64,000 bases of DNA, from NCBI RefSeq assembly GCF_018350175.1, contig NC_058368.1, positions 5,022,001-5,086,000 of the forward strand, in the 5' to 3' direction. Origin of the DNA: Felis catus (Eukaryota). The first letter of the stretch is position 1, and every line of letters starts with the position of its first letter. This document shows, piece after piece, positions 12,874 through 26,800 of the stretch. A program made the position numbers and the translations under genes. The notes beneath the pieces were generated by a model. The model ran no database searches and was not told where the DNA came from. It was given only the letters and a program-made list of their open reading frames with translations.

Positions 12874-13515
12874 TGAGAATGCAAGCTGGTGCAGCCACTC
12901 CGGAAAACAGTATGGAGGTTTCTCAAAAAACTAAAAGTAGAACTACCCTAGGACCCAGCAATTGCACTACTAGGCATTTATCCACGGGATACAGGTGTGC
13001 TGTTTCGAAGGGACACGTGCACCCCCATGTTTATAGCAGCACTATCAACAATAGCCAAAGTATGGAAAGAGCCCAAATGTCCACCAATGGATGAATGGAT
13101 AAAGAAGATGCGGTATATCTATATACAATGGAGTATTACTCGGCAATCAAAAAGAATGACATCTTGCCATTTTCAACTACGTGGATGGAACTGGAGGGTA
13201 TTATGCTAAGTGAAATTAGTCAGTCAGAGAAAGACAAAAATCATATGACTTCACTCCTATGAGGACTTTAGGAGACAAAACAGACGAACATAAGGGAAGG
13301 GAAACAAAAATAATATAAAACAGGGAGGGGGACAAAACAGAAGAGACTCATAAATATGGAGAACAAACTGAGGGTTATGGGAAGGGTTGTGGGAGGGGGG
13401 ATGGGCTAAATGGGTAAGGGGCACTAAGGAATCTACTCCTGAAATCATTGTTGCACTATATGCTAATTTGGATGTAAATTTTAAAAAATTAAAAGAAAAA
13501 AAATAGAATGAAAAA
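12874..13515 (+). mobile_element. Young 5'-truncated felid L1 3' end
   Basis: ORF2 C-terminal peptide [23 protein letters not shown] tail, perfect 17-bp TSD AAAGAATAAAATTTATA (12857-12873 and 13516-13532). Confidence 0.92.
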
Positions 13516-14409
13516 AAAGAATAAAATTTATAGAAACTATTTAATACATGCAAGAACTAAAGATTGTACTTGCAAGCTCTTCTAAAGAATCTTCAAGGGG
13601 ATAAGCTCCACTGGGGAAACTTTGGCAAAAGACTGGTGTTGAGCATTGGAGACATTTAGTGAAAACTTGTAGAGTAGCAAAAAACGAGATGAGGGTGGAA
13701 GGATAGTTTGATAGTTATATGCTCTGACAAAGTGGAAATAACACAGAAGGGAGACAGAAAAGGAAGAATAGAATAAGCTCATTGACACATAAGTACCACA
13801 TGGGAGCCAAGGATTACTACATACAGTGGACAATCCAAAGAGCAGAAACCTAAGTAAGGTAAAAAATGAGCTAGGTGCTTCATATAAAGTATCACTAAAG
13901 AGGCGACCACTCGAACCTAAGTCCAAATATGTAATTACTAAAAGAAAGGCTTAAAAATATTTTTAAATGAAAAAGACCACATAGTAAACAGATAAAGTAA
14001 ACATAGAAAGTTGAAGTAAATGTACACACAATAAAGTTACAAATTATGGCAAAGTTAACACCAAAGATGAGTCCATGTTAATATAAATAAATGAAATAAA
14101 CTGAACATTTATTTGATAATAAAAAAGATCATTTACATAGGCTCAAAGGACTTTCCACAAAATACTAATGTTATTAATTTTAAAGACAAAAAGAGTGACT
14201 TGACTTTGAAGAAACCTGGAACATACCACTTTAAGGGTTCATAATTAACACCACCAGCAGCAGAATAAACTGATTTCACCTGATAGTACAAAATAACTGG
14301 CCTGTATTCATCATGAAATTCAAGAAAACACTGAGAAACTTTCCTGATTGAAGAAGCTGAAGAGACTGGAGAATCAAATTCAACATGTGGATTCAACAAC
14401 TGGATTGTC

Positions 14410-14654
14410 TTTTTATTTTATTTTTATTTTTTTAATCATTCTTTAAAAATGTTTATTTATTTATTTTTGAGAGAGCTAGAGACAGAGCACAAGCAGGGGG
14501 AGGGGCAGAGAGAGACAGGGAGACGAGAATTTGAAGCAGGCTCCAGGCTCCGAGCCATCAGCACAGAACTGGCATGGGGCTCGAACCATCAACCAAAAGA
14601 TCATGACCTGAGCTGAAGTCAGACTCTCAACGAACTGAGCCACCCAGGTGCCCC
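14410..14654 (-). mobile_element. Can-SINE
   Basis: TSD tggattgtcttttt. Confidence 0.9.
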
Positions 14655-16334
14655 TGGATTGTCTTTTTAAATAAAGGTAATTTGGGGGACAGTTGGAAAA
14701 TTTAAATGGGGTCTGAGAATTATAGAGTGGTTATGTTAATTTTCTGGTTTTGATGGCTGCATTACGGTTATATGGAAATGCCTTAGTTTGTGGGGAAAAT
14801 ACACTTAAAGTGTCTAAAGGAGTAGGGGCAACATGTCGGCATCTTACTTTCAAAGGGGTTCAGGAAAAATGTTTCTTCTGTACTTTCAACTTTTCTGAAT
14901 ACTTGAGATGGCCTCAAAATGAATAATAAAAATAATAGTAAAGAAAACTCTGAGAAAGAAAAGTGCCAAGGCACAGTTCTACCATATAGCTTTGATAAAT
15001 ACAGTTGTACAATTTTGGTACATGAACAGACACACCAGTGCTAAGGAAGAGAATCCAAAAGTACATAAACATGATGTCTCAAATCACTGATAAGAAGATG
15101 AATTTACTAACAAATGACTAAAATAACCAGGTAACCATTTGGGAAAAGATAAATTTGAATCCATATTTCTTTTTATATCCAGAACAAACTCCAAATGAAC
15201 CAGAGAGTCAAATGAAGAACAAACAAACAAAAAAACCCAGCTATAAATACTAAAAGAACATGGGTGAATTATTTTATAGCCTAGGATTAGAAAGTCTAAC
15301 TGTAACTCAAAACAAGAAGCAATATAAGATTAATAGAATTCTATCTCCAAAATCTAAAACTCTTTTGCATGGCAAAAAGCAAGAAGCAAATGACAAACAA
15401 GGAGAATATATTTGCACATTACATCGTAGAGAAAAAGTCAGTCTCCCTAAAGTACAAAAAACTCTTAAGAAAAAACAGAACTTGTTCAGAAAAAAATGGG
15501 CAAAAGACATGAACAGGCAATTCACAGAAAGTCCAAATGACCTTAAATATATGAAAAAGAAAAAAATATATTGATGCCTTATCCATCAACCTACAGCATC
15601 TTTACCATACCTTAGCTAGCTAGCTAGCACCACCCCCCCACCCCCCCCCAGCCCTGCCACACACACACTTTGAACTACTTGGTAAAATGGTATGTCTGAA
15701 ATCTGTTTTGATATATGCCAACAACAAAAAATGGCAGAGTATCAATCAAATGTGATTAGCAAACTGCCATTAATAATCGACTCTAGATATATACACAAAG
15801 GCTCATTACACTACTCTTATTTTTGAACTTTTGAACATCTGCATAATAAAAAGTTTTAAAAAATAGGAATGAGTTGAATTCACTAGTTTAATAAAATCTA
15901 TACCATGAAGTACTATGTAGCCATGAACAAGGACTGAGCAAGCTCCATCTGTAATGATCTGAAGTAATCCTCAAGATTCAGTGATATAAAAAAATGCAAG
16001 ATACAGAATAATATATAAAGTAAGCATCTTTTGTTTAAGAAAAAAGCAAATAAATATGCATCATATATGTATGCACATTTAATTGCAAAAAAATATTGAA
16101 AGGGTAATAAAAACGAATAAAAGTGGCTGCCTGTGGTGGGGGAGATGGAAGAGTAGTGGGAAAAAAACAGGGCAGAAGGGAAAGGAATAAAAGCAAGACT
16201 TCTGCATATACCTTTTTATAGAAATTGGAATTTTGAATTATGTTTTACCTCTTTAAAAATCCACTAAACCAAAAAGAAAATTAGCAAATCCTAAATTTGA
16301 AAACAAAATATCTTAGTTATATTTCAAATTAGTA

Positions 16335-16794
16335 CAGTTGTTCCTTTTTTTATTGCACTTTATAGATAACCACATTTTTTTTTTAAATTTTTACAAATTG
16401 AAGGTTTGTGGCAACCCTACATCGAATGAGTCTATCGACACCATTTTTCCAACAGCATCTGTTCACTTCCTATCTCTGTGTTGCGTTTTGGTAGTTCTTT
16501 CAATGTTTCAAACTTTCCATTATTATTATATTTCTTATGGTGAGCTGTGATCAGTGATTATGACTCACTGGAAACTCAGATGATGGTCAGCATTATTGAG
16601 CAATAAAGTGTTATTAAGGTATATACCTTATTTTTATAGGCGTAATTCTGCATACTTAATAGACTATGGTATGGTGTAAGAATAACTTTCATATGCATCG
16701 GGAAACCAAAAAATTCATTTGACTCACTTTATTGTGATATTTACTCTGTTGTAGTGGTCTGGAATCAAATCCCAGTATCTCTCAGGTGTGCCTG
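16335..16794 (+). mobile_element. Tigger1-derived MITE (Tigger1a_Car-like)
   Basis: TA|CAG...CCTG|TA; both Tigger1 ends joined with the transposase deleted. Confidence 0.85.
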
Positions 16795-17020
16795 TAATGT
16801 GAACAGAGAAATTATTTCAAGTGACTTTTGAATATAATTCTCTTTATGTCCTTGGTAGGATACATACAAGGATAAAGAGAACTGCAAAGAAATCTTAACT
16901 TTTATTCCGTATTTCTATCATTAGTAGTAACACTAATTGCAATTGTGAAACTATATTTTGTATACTGTAGTATATTGTAGAATAAAACAAAAAATGTCAA
17001 GAGATGCCTGGGTGGCTCAG

Positions 17021-17127
17021 CTGGTTAAGCGTCCGACTCTTGATCTCAGCTCTGGTCTTGATCTCAGGGTCGTGATTTCAAGCTTTGCTTCGGACTCTGC
17101 AGGATATGGAGCCTACTTTTAAAAAAA
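17021..17127 (+). mobile_element. Short Can-SINE lacking the CT tract
   Basis: Head followed by ggagcctact-A tail. Confidence 0.8.
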
Positions 17128-17242
17128 GGTCAATATACACATGCTATTAGAAACCAGGATTTTTAGTATAAGGAAAAAAGAAATAGACCAAAGAAAGCCC
17201 TGTGGTAATAATAATTTGAATTAATATTGTCTAAACTTATTA

Positions 17243-17436
17243 TTTTTTAAAGTTATTTAGTTAGTTAGTTAGTTAGTTAATTTATTTATTTTGAGAGAGA
17301 GAGAGAGTACAATAGTGAGAGAATCCCAAACAGGCTCTGCAGTGGCAGCACAGAGCCCAACATGGGATTCAAACCATGAGATCATGACCTGAGCTGAAGT
17401 AAGAGACGCTTAACTGACTGAGCCACCCGGCACCCC
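17243..17436 (-). mobile_element. Can-SINE
   Basis: Reverse head, (TTAG)n tail. Confidence 0.85.
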
Positions 17437-18084
17437 TAAATTTATTATTTTTAGAAATACATTTTTCTAGTTCTGTCCACTAAAAGGGCCTGGAAGCAGT
17501 GACGCTCCAGGAGCAATGAGCACATGTGATGTCCAGAGTTTGGTTTTAAATATTATTCCCCACTAACAGGAACAAAGGTTCCTTGGAGACATGGCCAATT
17601 CCAAAACTGGAGCCAGGAAAGCACAAGATGGGCCTGGGACATCTACTCCTGTCACAATCCAAAAATGTGCTCAAAACTACTTGATCCATGAACGGACAGG
17701 AAAGGAACTTGAAGGAGCTCTTCTGCACAGACAGTGTGCAAAAAGAGCCTTTACTGCAACTGATTATAAAAATACACATCCCTACAGAAAAAGAGAGAAA
17801 ACTAATTTTTGGAGGTATTACAACTCCTTACTCTGAAAATTAGTGATTAAAGGGAAAGAATTAAGCATTTATCAGGCCCTTTTCCAGAAGAATTTTCCCA
17901 TCTGATGAGTGAAAGCACTTCTTTAAAGAATACCATCAAATAAACGTAAAAGTGAAAAGACAATTTAGAAAATCAGCATTTTGGAACACCCAATGAAATA
18001 ACTGATTCAGGCAAATATTATCAAATGGACAAGTTGTTAGGGAAAGGGATATTCATTTTGATGTCAAAATACCACCTGGCAGAT

Positions 18085-18286
18085 GGGGCGCCTGGGTGGC
18101 TCAGTCGGTCGTGTCCGACTTCAGCTCAGGTCATGCTCTCGCGGTTCGTGAGCTCAAGCCCCGCATCAGACTCTGTGCTGACAGCTTGGAGCCTGGGGCC
18201 TGCTTCGGATTCTGTGTCTCCCTCTGTCTGCCCCTCCCCCACTCATGTTCAGTCTCTCAAAAATGAATAAACATTAAAAAAAAAAT
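18085..18286 (+). mobile_element. Can-SINE
   Basis: Head, CT tract, A tail; TSD cacct(g/a)gcaga. Confidence 0.9.
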
Positions 18287-19051
18287 CACCTAGCAGAGAA
18301 TTGGCTAAGTGCGAAGCCGGGGTGGGGGGGGGGGCAAATGTACCTTTAGAAGGAGAGATCAACCAAGTGATCGAATTTATCATCAAAACAGTGGAACAGG
18401 CTGATTATTATATCCTCCTGAGTAAGGAGGTTCAGGAGGTCGTAAGATACCCTACAGTTGGTCTGGTTCAAGATGTCAGTGCAAAGGGTGAGGGGACTGT
18501 TCAACGTCAGAGCCTAGAGAGGTACAAGCAAATGCAATGCATGAAACAACTGTAGATAGGAGTGCAAAAGTAAGTAAAAGGCCCTGAGGAGACCATGAGG
18601 GGCTGGAATCTAGATGAAATCAGAGGCTTATTAACTTCTTAGGTGTGCTAATGGTTTCCTCATTCAGGATGAACTAGGTTATGCTACAGTAACAGAGCCC
18701 AAACTCTCGGTGACCTAAAATAAAGGTTTCTTTCTCACCCATCTTGTGCAGCAATGTTTCTTAAGTACGATGCGTCCCAAATTACTGCTCTTCATGGGAA
18801 AGTAATTCTGCGTTTCTTTTAAGAACAGGAGAGACGCTTACTGATCGGGGTAGGCGATTCAGAATGTGATTCTCCTACCATTCTGCAACAGAAGCTCCAC
18901 AAATATTGTTAAGTGCAAATGCTTCTGAAGGTTGCTTTTGGTTACACATTCCACTCTTTGACAAGAGTTGCTGTGCAAAGGGGTATTTTACTTGCTTGGA
19001 AATAATTAGATTAGCACTAATACCACTTAGAAAAATGGCAGAAATTAGTGT

Positions 19052-19057
19052 TTTATT
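19052..19057 (-). terminator. Candidate distal polyadenylation signal AATAAA
   Basis: AATAAA in unique AT-rich sequence followed by a T-rich tract (CCATTTTTCTAAGTGG). Confidence 0.4.
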
Positions 19058-19410
19058 TTCTGATAAGTACAATAGTATATATCCTTTTCTTGAGATAGTC
19101 AGTCATCTTAGTTTACAGGCTTTTTCTAGATACAGCCTTCTAAAAAGCGTATAGTTCTGTACTTGTAAAAACAGGTTCTACGTTTTAACCCACCAAAACA
19201 TGTTAATGCGAGTTGTACTACTGCACGGAAAAGCCAACAGAATAGCCAAAACACGGCCAATGAAATCGACATCACCGATAAAAGCCTGCAACTTCTCCTT
19301 ATATAGTTTTGTAAACGATCAGAATTTCATCCAACTTAGAATGCCAACTGAATGAATTTTCAGTACTCTAAAGCGGACCTGGAAAAAAAAAAAAAAGAGG
19401 TCAAAAAAGG

Positions 19411-20212
19411 CTATTCAAACGGCCGAAACGCAGAACACCGACAACGGTGAACACTGGTGAGGATGTGGAACAACAGAAGTCTCATCCACCGCTGGTAGGA
19501 ATGCCACCGGCCCCCCCACTTTGGGAGACGTTTTGGCCCTTTCTTACAAAATTAATCATGCTCCTCCCACACAACCCAGTAATTACACTCCTTGGCATTT
19601 AGTCAAAGGCGTTGAAAACTTCTGTCCACACAAAAACCCGCACAACAGATGTTTACAGGCAACTTTATTAAAAACTGCCGTAACTTGGAAGCCACCCAGG
19701 TGCCCTACAATAGGTGAATGAATCAATCGTGGTATATCCAGACACGGAATATTATTCGGTGAGTGAGCGATCAAGACATGAAAAAACCGAGAGGAACCTG
19801 AAGTGCATTTATTAAGTGGAAGAAGCCAATCTGAAGGCTGCATACCGTATGATACCTACTATGCGACGCTATGGAAGTGGTAAAGCTATAGAGATGGGAA
19901 AAAGATCAGTGGTTGCCAGGGGTGGGTGGGTAGGGAGAGATGGATAGGCAGAGCACGGAGGATTTGGGGGGCAGTGAAGATACTCTGTATGATACTATAA
20001 AGGTCATCATACATTTGCTCAAAGCCCACGGAATATAGGACACCGAGACTAAATAAACCCTAAGGTAAACCGTGGACTTTGAGTGATAATGACGTATCAG
20101 TTTAGGTTTATCAGTTGTAACAAATGTGCCACTCTGGTGGGGTACGTGAGAAATTTCCGGACCTTCCTCTCAATTTTGCTGTGAACCTAAACTTCTCTTT
20201 AAAAAATAGTCT
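19411..20212 (+). mobile_element. L1MC1-like 3' end
   Basis: ORF2 end plus 3'UTR motifs (aagatcagtggttgccagggg, caattttgctgtgaacctaaa); possible TSD tcaaaaa(a)gg. Confidence 0.8.
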
Positions 20213-20674
20213 TTCAAAAAGGAGGCGGGGGGTTCCTGATACTACCCACCCTGCCCTGCTACTCCACTAAATAAAGAGAATAAAAAAAAAAAAAAAAAAG
20301 ACTTCCTTCCATCTTTTTTAGTCAGGATTCCCTGAGCTACTCTGGCTTAGCTAACCTGTACAAAACACCCCCATATAAACTCCTTCCTGCAAGTCACTTT
20401 CCTCCTCACATTTACCTCCAGATCTGCCTTTGGCAAGACATTTTACCAAATGTATACTCTTACTGGACACTGCCTTCCACCAAAATTAAGTGACTCAACG
20501 ACATTTGCTGAGCCTTTTAGCCCACTGTGCCTATTTTAAATATTTTGGTAATTATCTTTATGTAAGTTATTATTTATCAACATCAACCTTTGGGAAAATG
20601 AACTGAGGAAAGAAAGAACCACCACGACTTGATGCCATTTGTTTTTTGTGGTTTTTTTTACAGAAGAAAAACAT

Positions 20675-22597
20675 TCAAAGTAAAATATGAACATTTAATT
20701 ACCTTTAAATAACGTATGTAATAATTTACATGCTATACATTCCCAAACACACTGAACATAAATTCAATTTTATAAGACACATACACAATCTGCTTTTTGC
20801 CAACACATACGCTGTAGGTCACTTCAGATGTTAACTGATTTCTCAGTCCATGTGTGAGCACATAAATACACATATATATGCCTGAAGTTGAAGATAAACC
20901 AAAAACGCGTGAATATGAGAAGTCTGCCATGGAAGATTCTAAAACCACAATCAGTTAACTGGAACCAAGCAACAAGGCACAAAAGCTTCCCTTTGTGGTC
21001 ACAAAGATTAAGGTTCCTGTCCCAGTGCTTAATTAAGTACGGAAATAGGCTTGGCTAAATCACAAACTATATTTTATAGTGCATTTCTGTCACTGTTTAA
21101 AAAGGAGTATTTTTCTTCTTACATAACGCATTACACAAAAGCATTGGAAAAATAAACAGGATTAGGTTAAGTTCCCATACAATAAAGCTTTTTTTCCCAT
21201 GTGAAAAAGATACTTGTTTATGCTCAAAACTAACAAAATAGATATAAGCATAGTAAAGAGAAGCATTAGGGATCTTACGCAGGTTTCCTACCCTCCCTGA
21301 ATCACATCTCTTGCCAGCTGTGTACTTAAACCTTCAGTTTTAAAGCCAGCTGAGTGAAGACCGTCAAATGCATGTGATTTTTTTTTCATTTAAAGATATG
21401 TTACTAGCACACAGAAACAGTTAACATAACAAGGCAAACAGAAACCTCCTAGCATTTAAGCTGTTTTGCTAAACATTAACTTTGTACTAGGCTATCCTTA
21501 ATTTTCCTTTTCTTCCCCTATGTTAACGGATAAGATAAAAATGTTCCACATAGAAATGGCTGCTTTAAAATTCATGCAACCAAGCAAAATCTAAACTACC
21601 TGTACTAACTTCCCTTTTTTAATCCCAAAATTTTAAGGAAACTGAAAGTTTGTTTTAGGAAGAGCAACTCATTGAAAGATAAAACCGTACATATCTATAT
21701 ACTCTTCACTGTCTCTAAGAACAGTTTTAGAGCCTTAGCTTGTTAAAGTTACACAGTTAAAAAAGGAATAAAGCCAACCACAGAGCATCAAAAGAATGCA
21801 GTAGTCCGTACATAAAAGACAGTCAAATATGTTTACACATATTCAAGAAATCAGTAATCTAAGTTGTAAGTAATGTCATCAAGTGTAGCACTGCACAAAC
21901 TGGAATCAGAATTAAACCTTCAGTTTCATTAATCTTGAGTATGGAAGTGGGACCAGCCAACCATGAACTTAACAGTGGACTTGTACATCTGTTTATACAG
22001 GAGTATCGTAGCATGCAACCCCTGCAGTAATGAGAGTGCAATTCTTTACAGATAAAACAAGGCTGACCAAAAGAAAAAAAACAAAAAAACCTTGCTCTCG
22101 GCTATAAAACCTAAGAGTAAAGAATAAGTTGAGATTTTTAAGGCTTTCTCAGAAGTATTTTTCATGGCACTTCAACATTAAACATCACTAATAGGCAAAA
22201 TATGTAAATACTCATGGTTACGTAATTATAAGTCCATGCCATGTCAATTATTAAGTAAGGGAGAACTTGGTCAATTAAATTAGAGTTAAGGAAAGTTATT
22301 CATGTTTGGCTGTAATTAACATACAAATCATACAGAAGTGTCAGTTCACTAGTATACAGTACAAGTTGTGTTCTGAGTAGATCTGCCCATTCCACTCGTT
22401 TCTTAAAGAAGTGAAAGTCATTCCTTGCCGGAAATGCAATTAAATGGACTTATTTCTCTCACAACAGCAGTTATTACCCTTTCTTCAACTACTCGACTCC
22501 AAAATCATTATCAGACAAATTCCTTTTGGTCATGCGCAAAGACCATTCTCACAATCCATTCTTGCACTACAGTCAGTCCAGAAAATACTCTATGCAT
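20675..22597 (-). other. MTMR6: MTMR6 3'UTR to the proximal poly(A) site (end approximate)
   Basis: Repeat-free AT-rich stretch after the stop codon, ending at ATTAAA with a downstream U/GU-rich element. Confidence 0.65.
20694..20699 (-). terminator. Candidate proximal polyadenylation signal ATTAAA
   Basis: Upstream TGTA; downstream TACTTTGAATGTTTTTCTTCTG on the minus strand. Confidence 0.55.
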
Positions 22598-22858
22598 CTA
22601 ACAAGTCATTCTTGCCACACCATACTCTAAGCTGACCACACCGGGTTCCGATTTGGAAAACTCCTCAGCGTATTCACTGTAACGATTATCTGCTGGGTTG
22701 CTGCCCTCTATAGTTCGAAGAGCATGATTCACAGGTAACAGAGTTTGCTCCTTGAAACACAAGGAAGTTTTGAGGGTAGGTGATTCAGGATGAACTGAAT
22801 GTATCAATTCCTTGGTGAGAATTCCATCTGTTGGCTTATTTTTACATTGTTTAATTTT
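22598..22858 (-). CDS. MTMR6: MTMR6 exon 14 coding part (KIKQCKNK...EYGVARMTC*)
   Basis: ttgttctag acceptor; 261 nt to TAG; overlaps ORF 22598-22807. Confidence 0.95.
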   Translation of the reverse strand, partial: KIKQCKNKPTDGILTKELIHSVHPESPTLKTSLCFKEQTLLPVNHALRTIEGSNPADNRYSEYAEEFSKSEPGVVSLEYGVARMTC

Positions 22859-23787
22859 CTAGAACAAATCCAAATTTGAAAAAAATTACTAATTGCACAT
22901 ACTACACGTTCAGTATAGGTTAGATGAAAGAAGAAACCAAGCTTTTGCAAATGTTCTCTTTATGAACAATACAAAGTTAAACCTCAAAAAATTAATAAAA
23001 TCTACTGCAGAAGAGTAAGACATCATTGAGAATCCTGACTGTTTATACAACTTTTATAGTGAAAAATGGTTATTACACTTGACTGCAAAAGATCCTAAGC
23101 CTTCATATTTGAAAAGGATATACGTTACCTAGAAAGTATAAAAAAAAAGTAAACATTTTATAATGAAACACATGTGTTTCACCCTGAATCACACCTGAAT
23201 CACAACTGTAAAATAAACACACACTTACTTACATAAAGGTTTTATTGCCTAAAGAACTTTCTTACATGGTTTCCCTATAATGGTTAGGTAAGCACAACCA
23301 GCTTTAGAACACAAGATTAAAAAACAAAACAAACAAACAAAAAAAAAGAAACAGAACACAAGATTTTAGAAGTATTCTTTGGCAAAGTATCATGCTCTCC
23401 AAATCCGTGGACCGCTCTCCAGCCAATCTGCTTGTGTCACCTACGTCTTGGGCTTGCCTCACTTTTTACACATCCTCCTACTGCTTCCTCAAGTGGTTAT
23501 TAGTTACCTCCCATTCTGACAGATGACTAAGGAACAGTCCTGCCTGACTGGCAGACACGACAGTCTGAGTTACAACTGTCTATGATTTTTAAAGTAGATA
23601 CTCGCTGATCCTTTTTGCTTCTATATGATGACTGACAGAAAGATGACACGAAAGTCTTAGAGTGGAGAGGGCTTTCTTAAACAAGACACAAAAGAAGGCA
23701 TAAAACATAAAGACTCATCAATTTGTACACAAAACATATCATAAATAAAATGGAAAAGACAAAAATGGACTAAATGATGCCACTTGT

Positions 23788-23827
<40 letters not shown>

Positions 23828-26800
23828 TGAAACAAAGAATTAGCGTCTGGTATATAAAGAACCCTTACGGATCAATAAGGAAAAGGCAAATATGCCAACA
23901 GAAAAATGAGTGGAGGTTGGAACAGGCCATTCACAGAAAAGGGAAAACCAAATGGCCGGCATATATATGAAAAGTCATTCAACTTCATTTGTGATCATGG
24001 AAATCCAAAACTGAAAACAAATGAAGTGTTCTGCAGTAGCTGAATGGAGAGACTGATATATGCATATAAGAGAATATTATACAGTAGTTAATAATAAAAT
24101 GAATTAAAGCTACATGTATCAACATGGATAAATTTCAAAACAATGTCGAGTAAAATGAAGCATGACGATATAACAACCTTTATATACTTTTAAAACGTGC
24201 AGCTCCTCAAGCCTCAAGCCTGTTGCCTGTTGCTTTTATACCTTATTAGAAAATATATTCTTTTGTATTTTTTAATAAATATTAAAAATAATATTTTAAA
24301 CCATATAAAACAGTCTTATAAATTCTGGATAAAAAGACAGACAGAAGTATAAAAATATGCACAGGAATAATTAACGCTAAATTCCGCCCAAATCATGTGG
24401 GGATGGGCTGAGCAGAAGTATACAGGATCTTCAAATATATCCTATTTCATTTCTTAAAAAAAAAAAAAAAAAAAAGTGCTGAGGTATGATAAATATTAAA
24501 ATCTCTAAAAGCGTGAAAGATACCCCAATATTTATTGCGTTCATATCTCTACTTTTCTGATGACCCCTGAACAACACAGGGGTTGAAGGAACCAAACCTC
24601 CCAGCAATCAAAAACCCACATGTAACTTCTGACTCCCCCAAAACATAACTACTAATAGCCTACCATTGACTGGAATCCTTATCAATAGCATAAACAGTCA
24701 ACTGATACATATTTTGTATGTTACAATGTATTGTATACTATATTCTCACAATAAAGTAAGCTAGAGAAAAGAAAATGTTATTTACAAAGGCATAAGGAAG
24801 AGAAAGTATACTTACAGTACTGTGCTGTATTTGTAACAAAAAAAAATCCACTTATAAGTGGACCTGTGTATTTCAAACCCATGTTGTTCAAGGGTCATCG
24901 GATATTGTACATCAGCTGTACAATATTAGTATTTCAACATTAAAATTCAGGGAAAGCAACTCAAACTTAAGAGGTTTCTACATACCAATTTACACTTCCA
25001 ACATAAGGAAATAAACTAACTTAATATTCCAAATGTATTATATTAAGACACTTCAGAATACTTACCGATTCTAAGTCTTTAATATCTTTCTCTAACTGCT
25101 TATTTTGCTCATTCATATTCGTAATTATATTAAACACAGACTGTCTAGGATGCAATGTTCGGTCAAATTGGTGGTACATGTTTCTCCAAAACCTTTAGGA
25201 CAAAACCAAAAAACAACAGCTCAATAAATTGTGTTTGAAAAAAAACAAGTATAAATACCTCAATGATGCCAACTTACTTAAAATTGAAAGATACTGTATT
25301 TGGCTCCAAAACTGTAAATTTTGGAGATTTAGAAGTGTAGAGAGGATTTAAGTACTTCTTCTGGTCATCCAGGAGAAAAGGCCACAGGGAGTAAGTCTTC
25401 TCCTTTAACCTTGGGGTAATGAGAAAAACAAAGAGCTTTCTCACAGATGCTAATCATCATTTTTTATAGATCAGGCAATTCCTTCCCAAGTAGATTTCAG
25501 TTTTAATTTTTCCTTCTATTCACAGTCTAACCTCACCTTGTCTCTGCATTCTGTATTCTCCCTTTTCACTCATAATCACGAAATAAAACCATGTCTCTTT
25601 GAACATAACACAGGTCTACCATTTCTCTCACAACCATACACGTTAAGAGATTCCTTTCAACTCCCACAACTTCGTAAATGTGGTCTCTGTGACACCTATC
25701 TCAAATCACCATACACATGTATACAGAGTAAGATACTTGTATCACTCTTTGCCTCATTCTTTTAACCCTCCATAGGGGCCATAGTGCAAGTAATTGCAGA
25801 GCAGGGACAAATTTAAGTGGGAATGAGTACAATAAAAGGGAATTGGGAAAAATCAAGTCATTATTCAACAGTAAAAACACACCAATTATATTGCAATTTT
25901 AAGAATATGTTAGGTGAAGTAAGTGGATAAAGAGTAGAATGGTTTAGATAGTACATTTACGAAATGAACATAAAATAGATAGGAGTATAGGGAAAAGGGG
26001 AGAGTTTGCTCATTTTTCTATGATCCCTAAGATGGGTAAGTTCTTAGAGAAAGACTAATAGGAAATACATGCTTTTACTACCATCTTCCTTTTTGACAGG
26101 ATGTTTGGCACTAACTGAAGACAGTTTTCCTAAAATAGCTCTGTATTCAGCATCATCTGCTCCAAATTATGATAAACTGTGAATTACCATAGCATGGAGC
26201 TAAAGTCTTAATGGTCTTTGATTTGTTCATCTCTGTCATACTTGATTTCAGTTGCAATTCCTTTCACACATCTTTAGAATCTTCCACGTGCTCTCAGTTC
26301 TGCTTTTGAGTTGGTTGAGAGTGAGAGTGTGTGGCTGTCTTCAAATTACTATCAGACTTAGCTTCTCTAGTTCTTGGATACGCAAGAATCTATACCTGCT
26401 CTTTATTGGCTTGTAAGAAACCTAAACGCAGAAACTCAACCTAAAAAAAATGTAAGAACTTCTCACGGCCTTATCCCACATCTCCTTTGCATCAAAATCT
26501 AGCCAGAAATCTCTACTCCCAAAGACTGGTTAGGAAAGAACAGATAGGAGACTCAATTCAGGGACAGACACACTATAGCTAACATATTTTCCCCAAACAA
26601 TTGTCTGCTTAGAAATGTGAGAACTGTGGCACCAGGTGGCTCGTCAGCTGAGTGTCCAACTCTTAATTTTGGCTCAGGTCATGATCTCACGGTTCGTGGG
26701 ACAGAGTCCATGTTGGGCTCTGTGATGACAGCAGGGAGCCTGCTTGGGATTCTCTCTCTCTCTTTATCTCTCTCTCTCTCTCTCTGCCCCTCCCCTGTGA

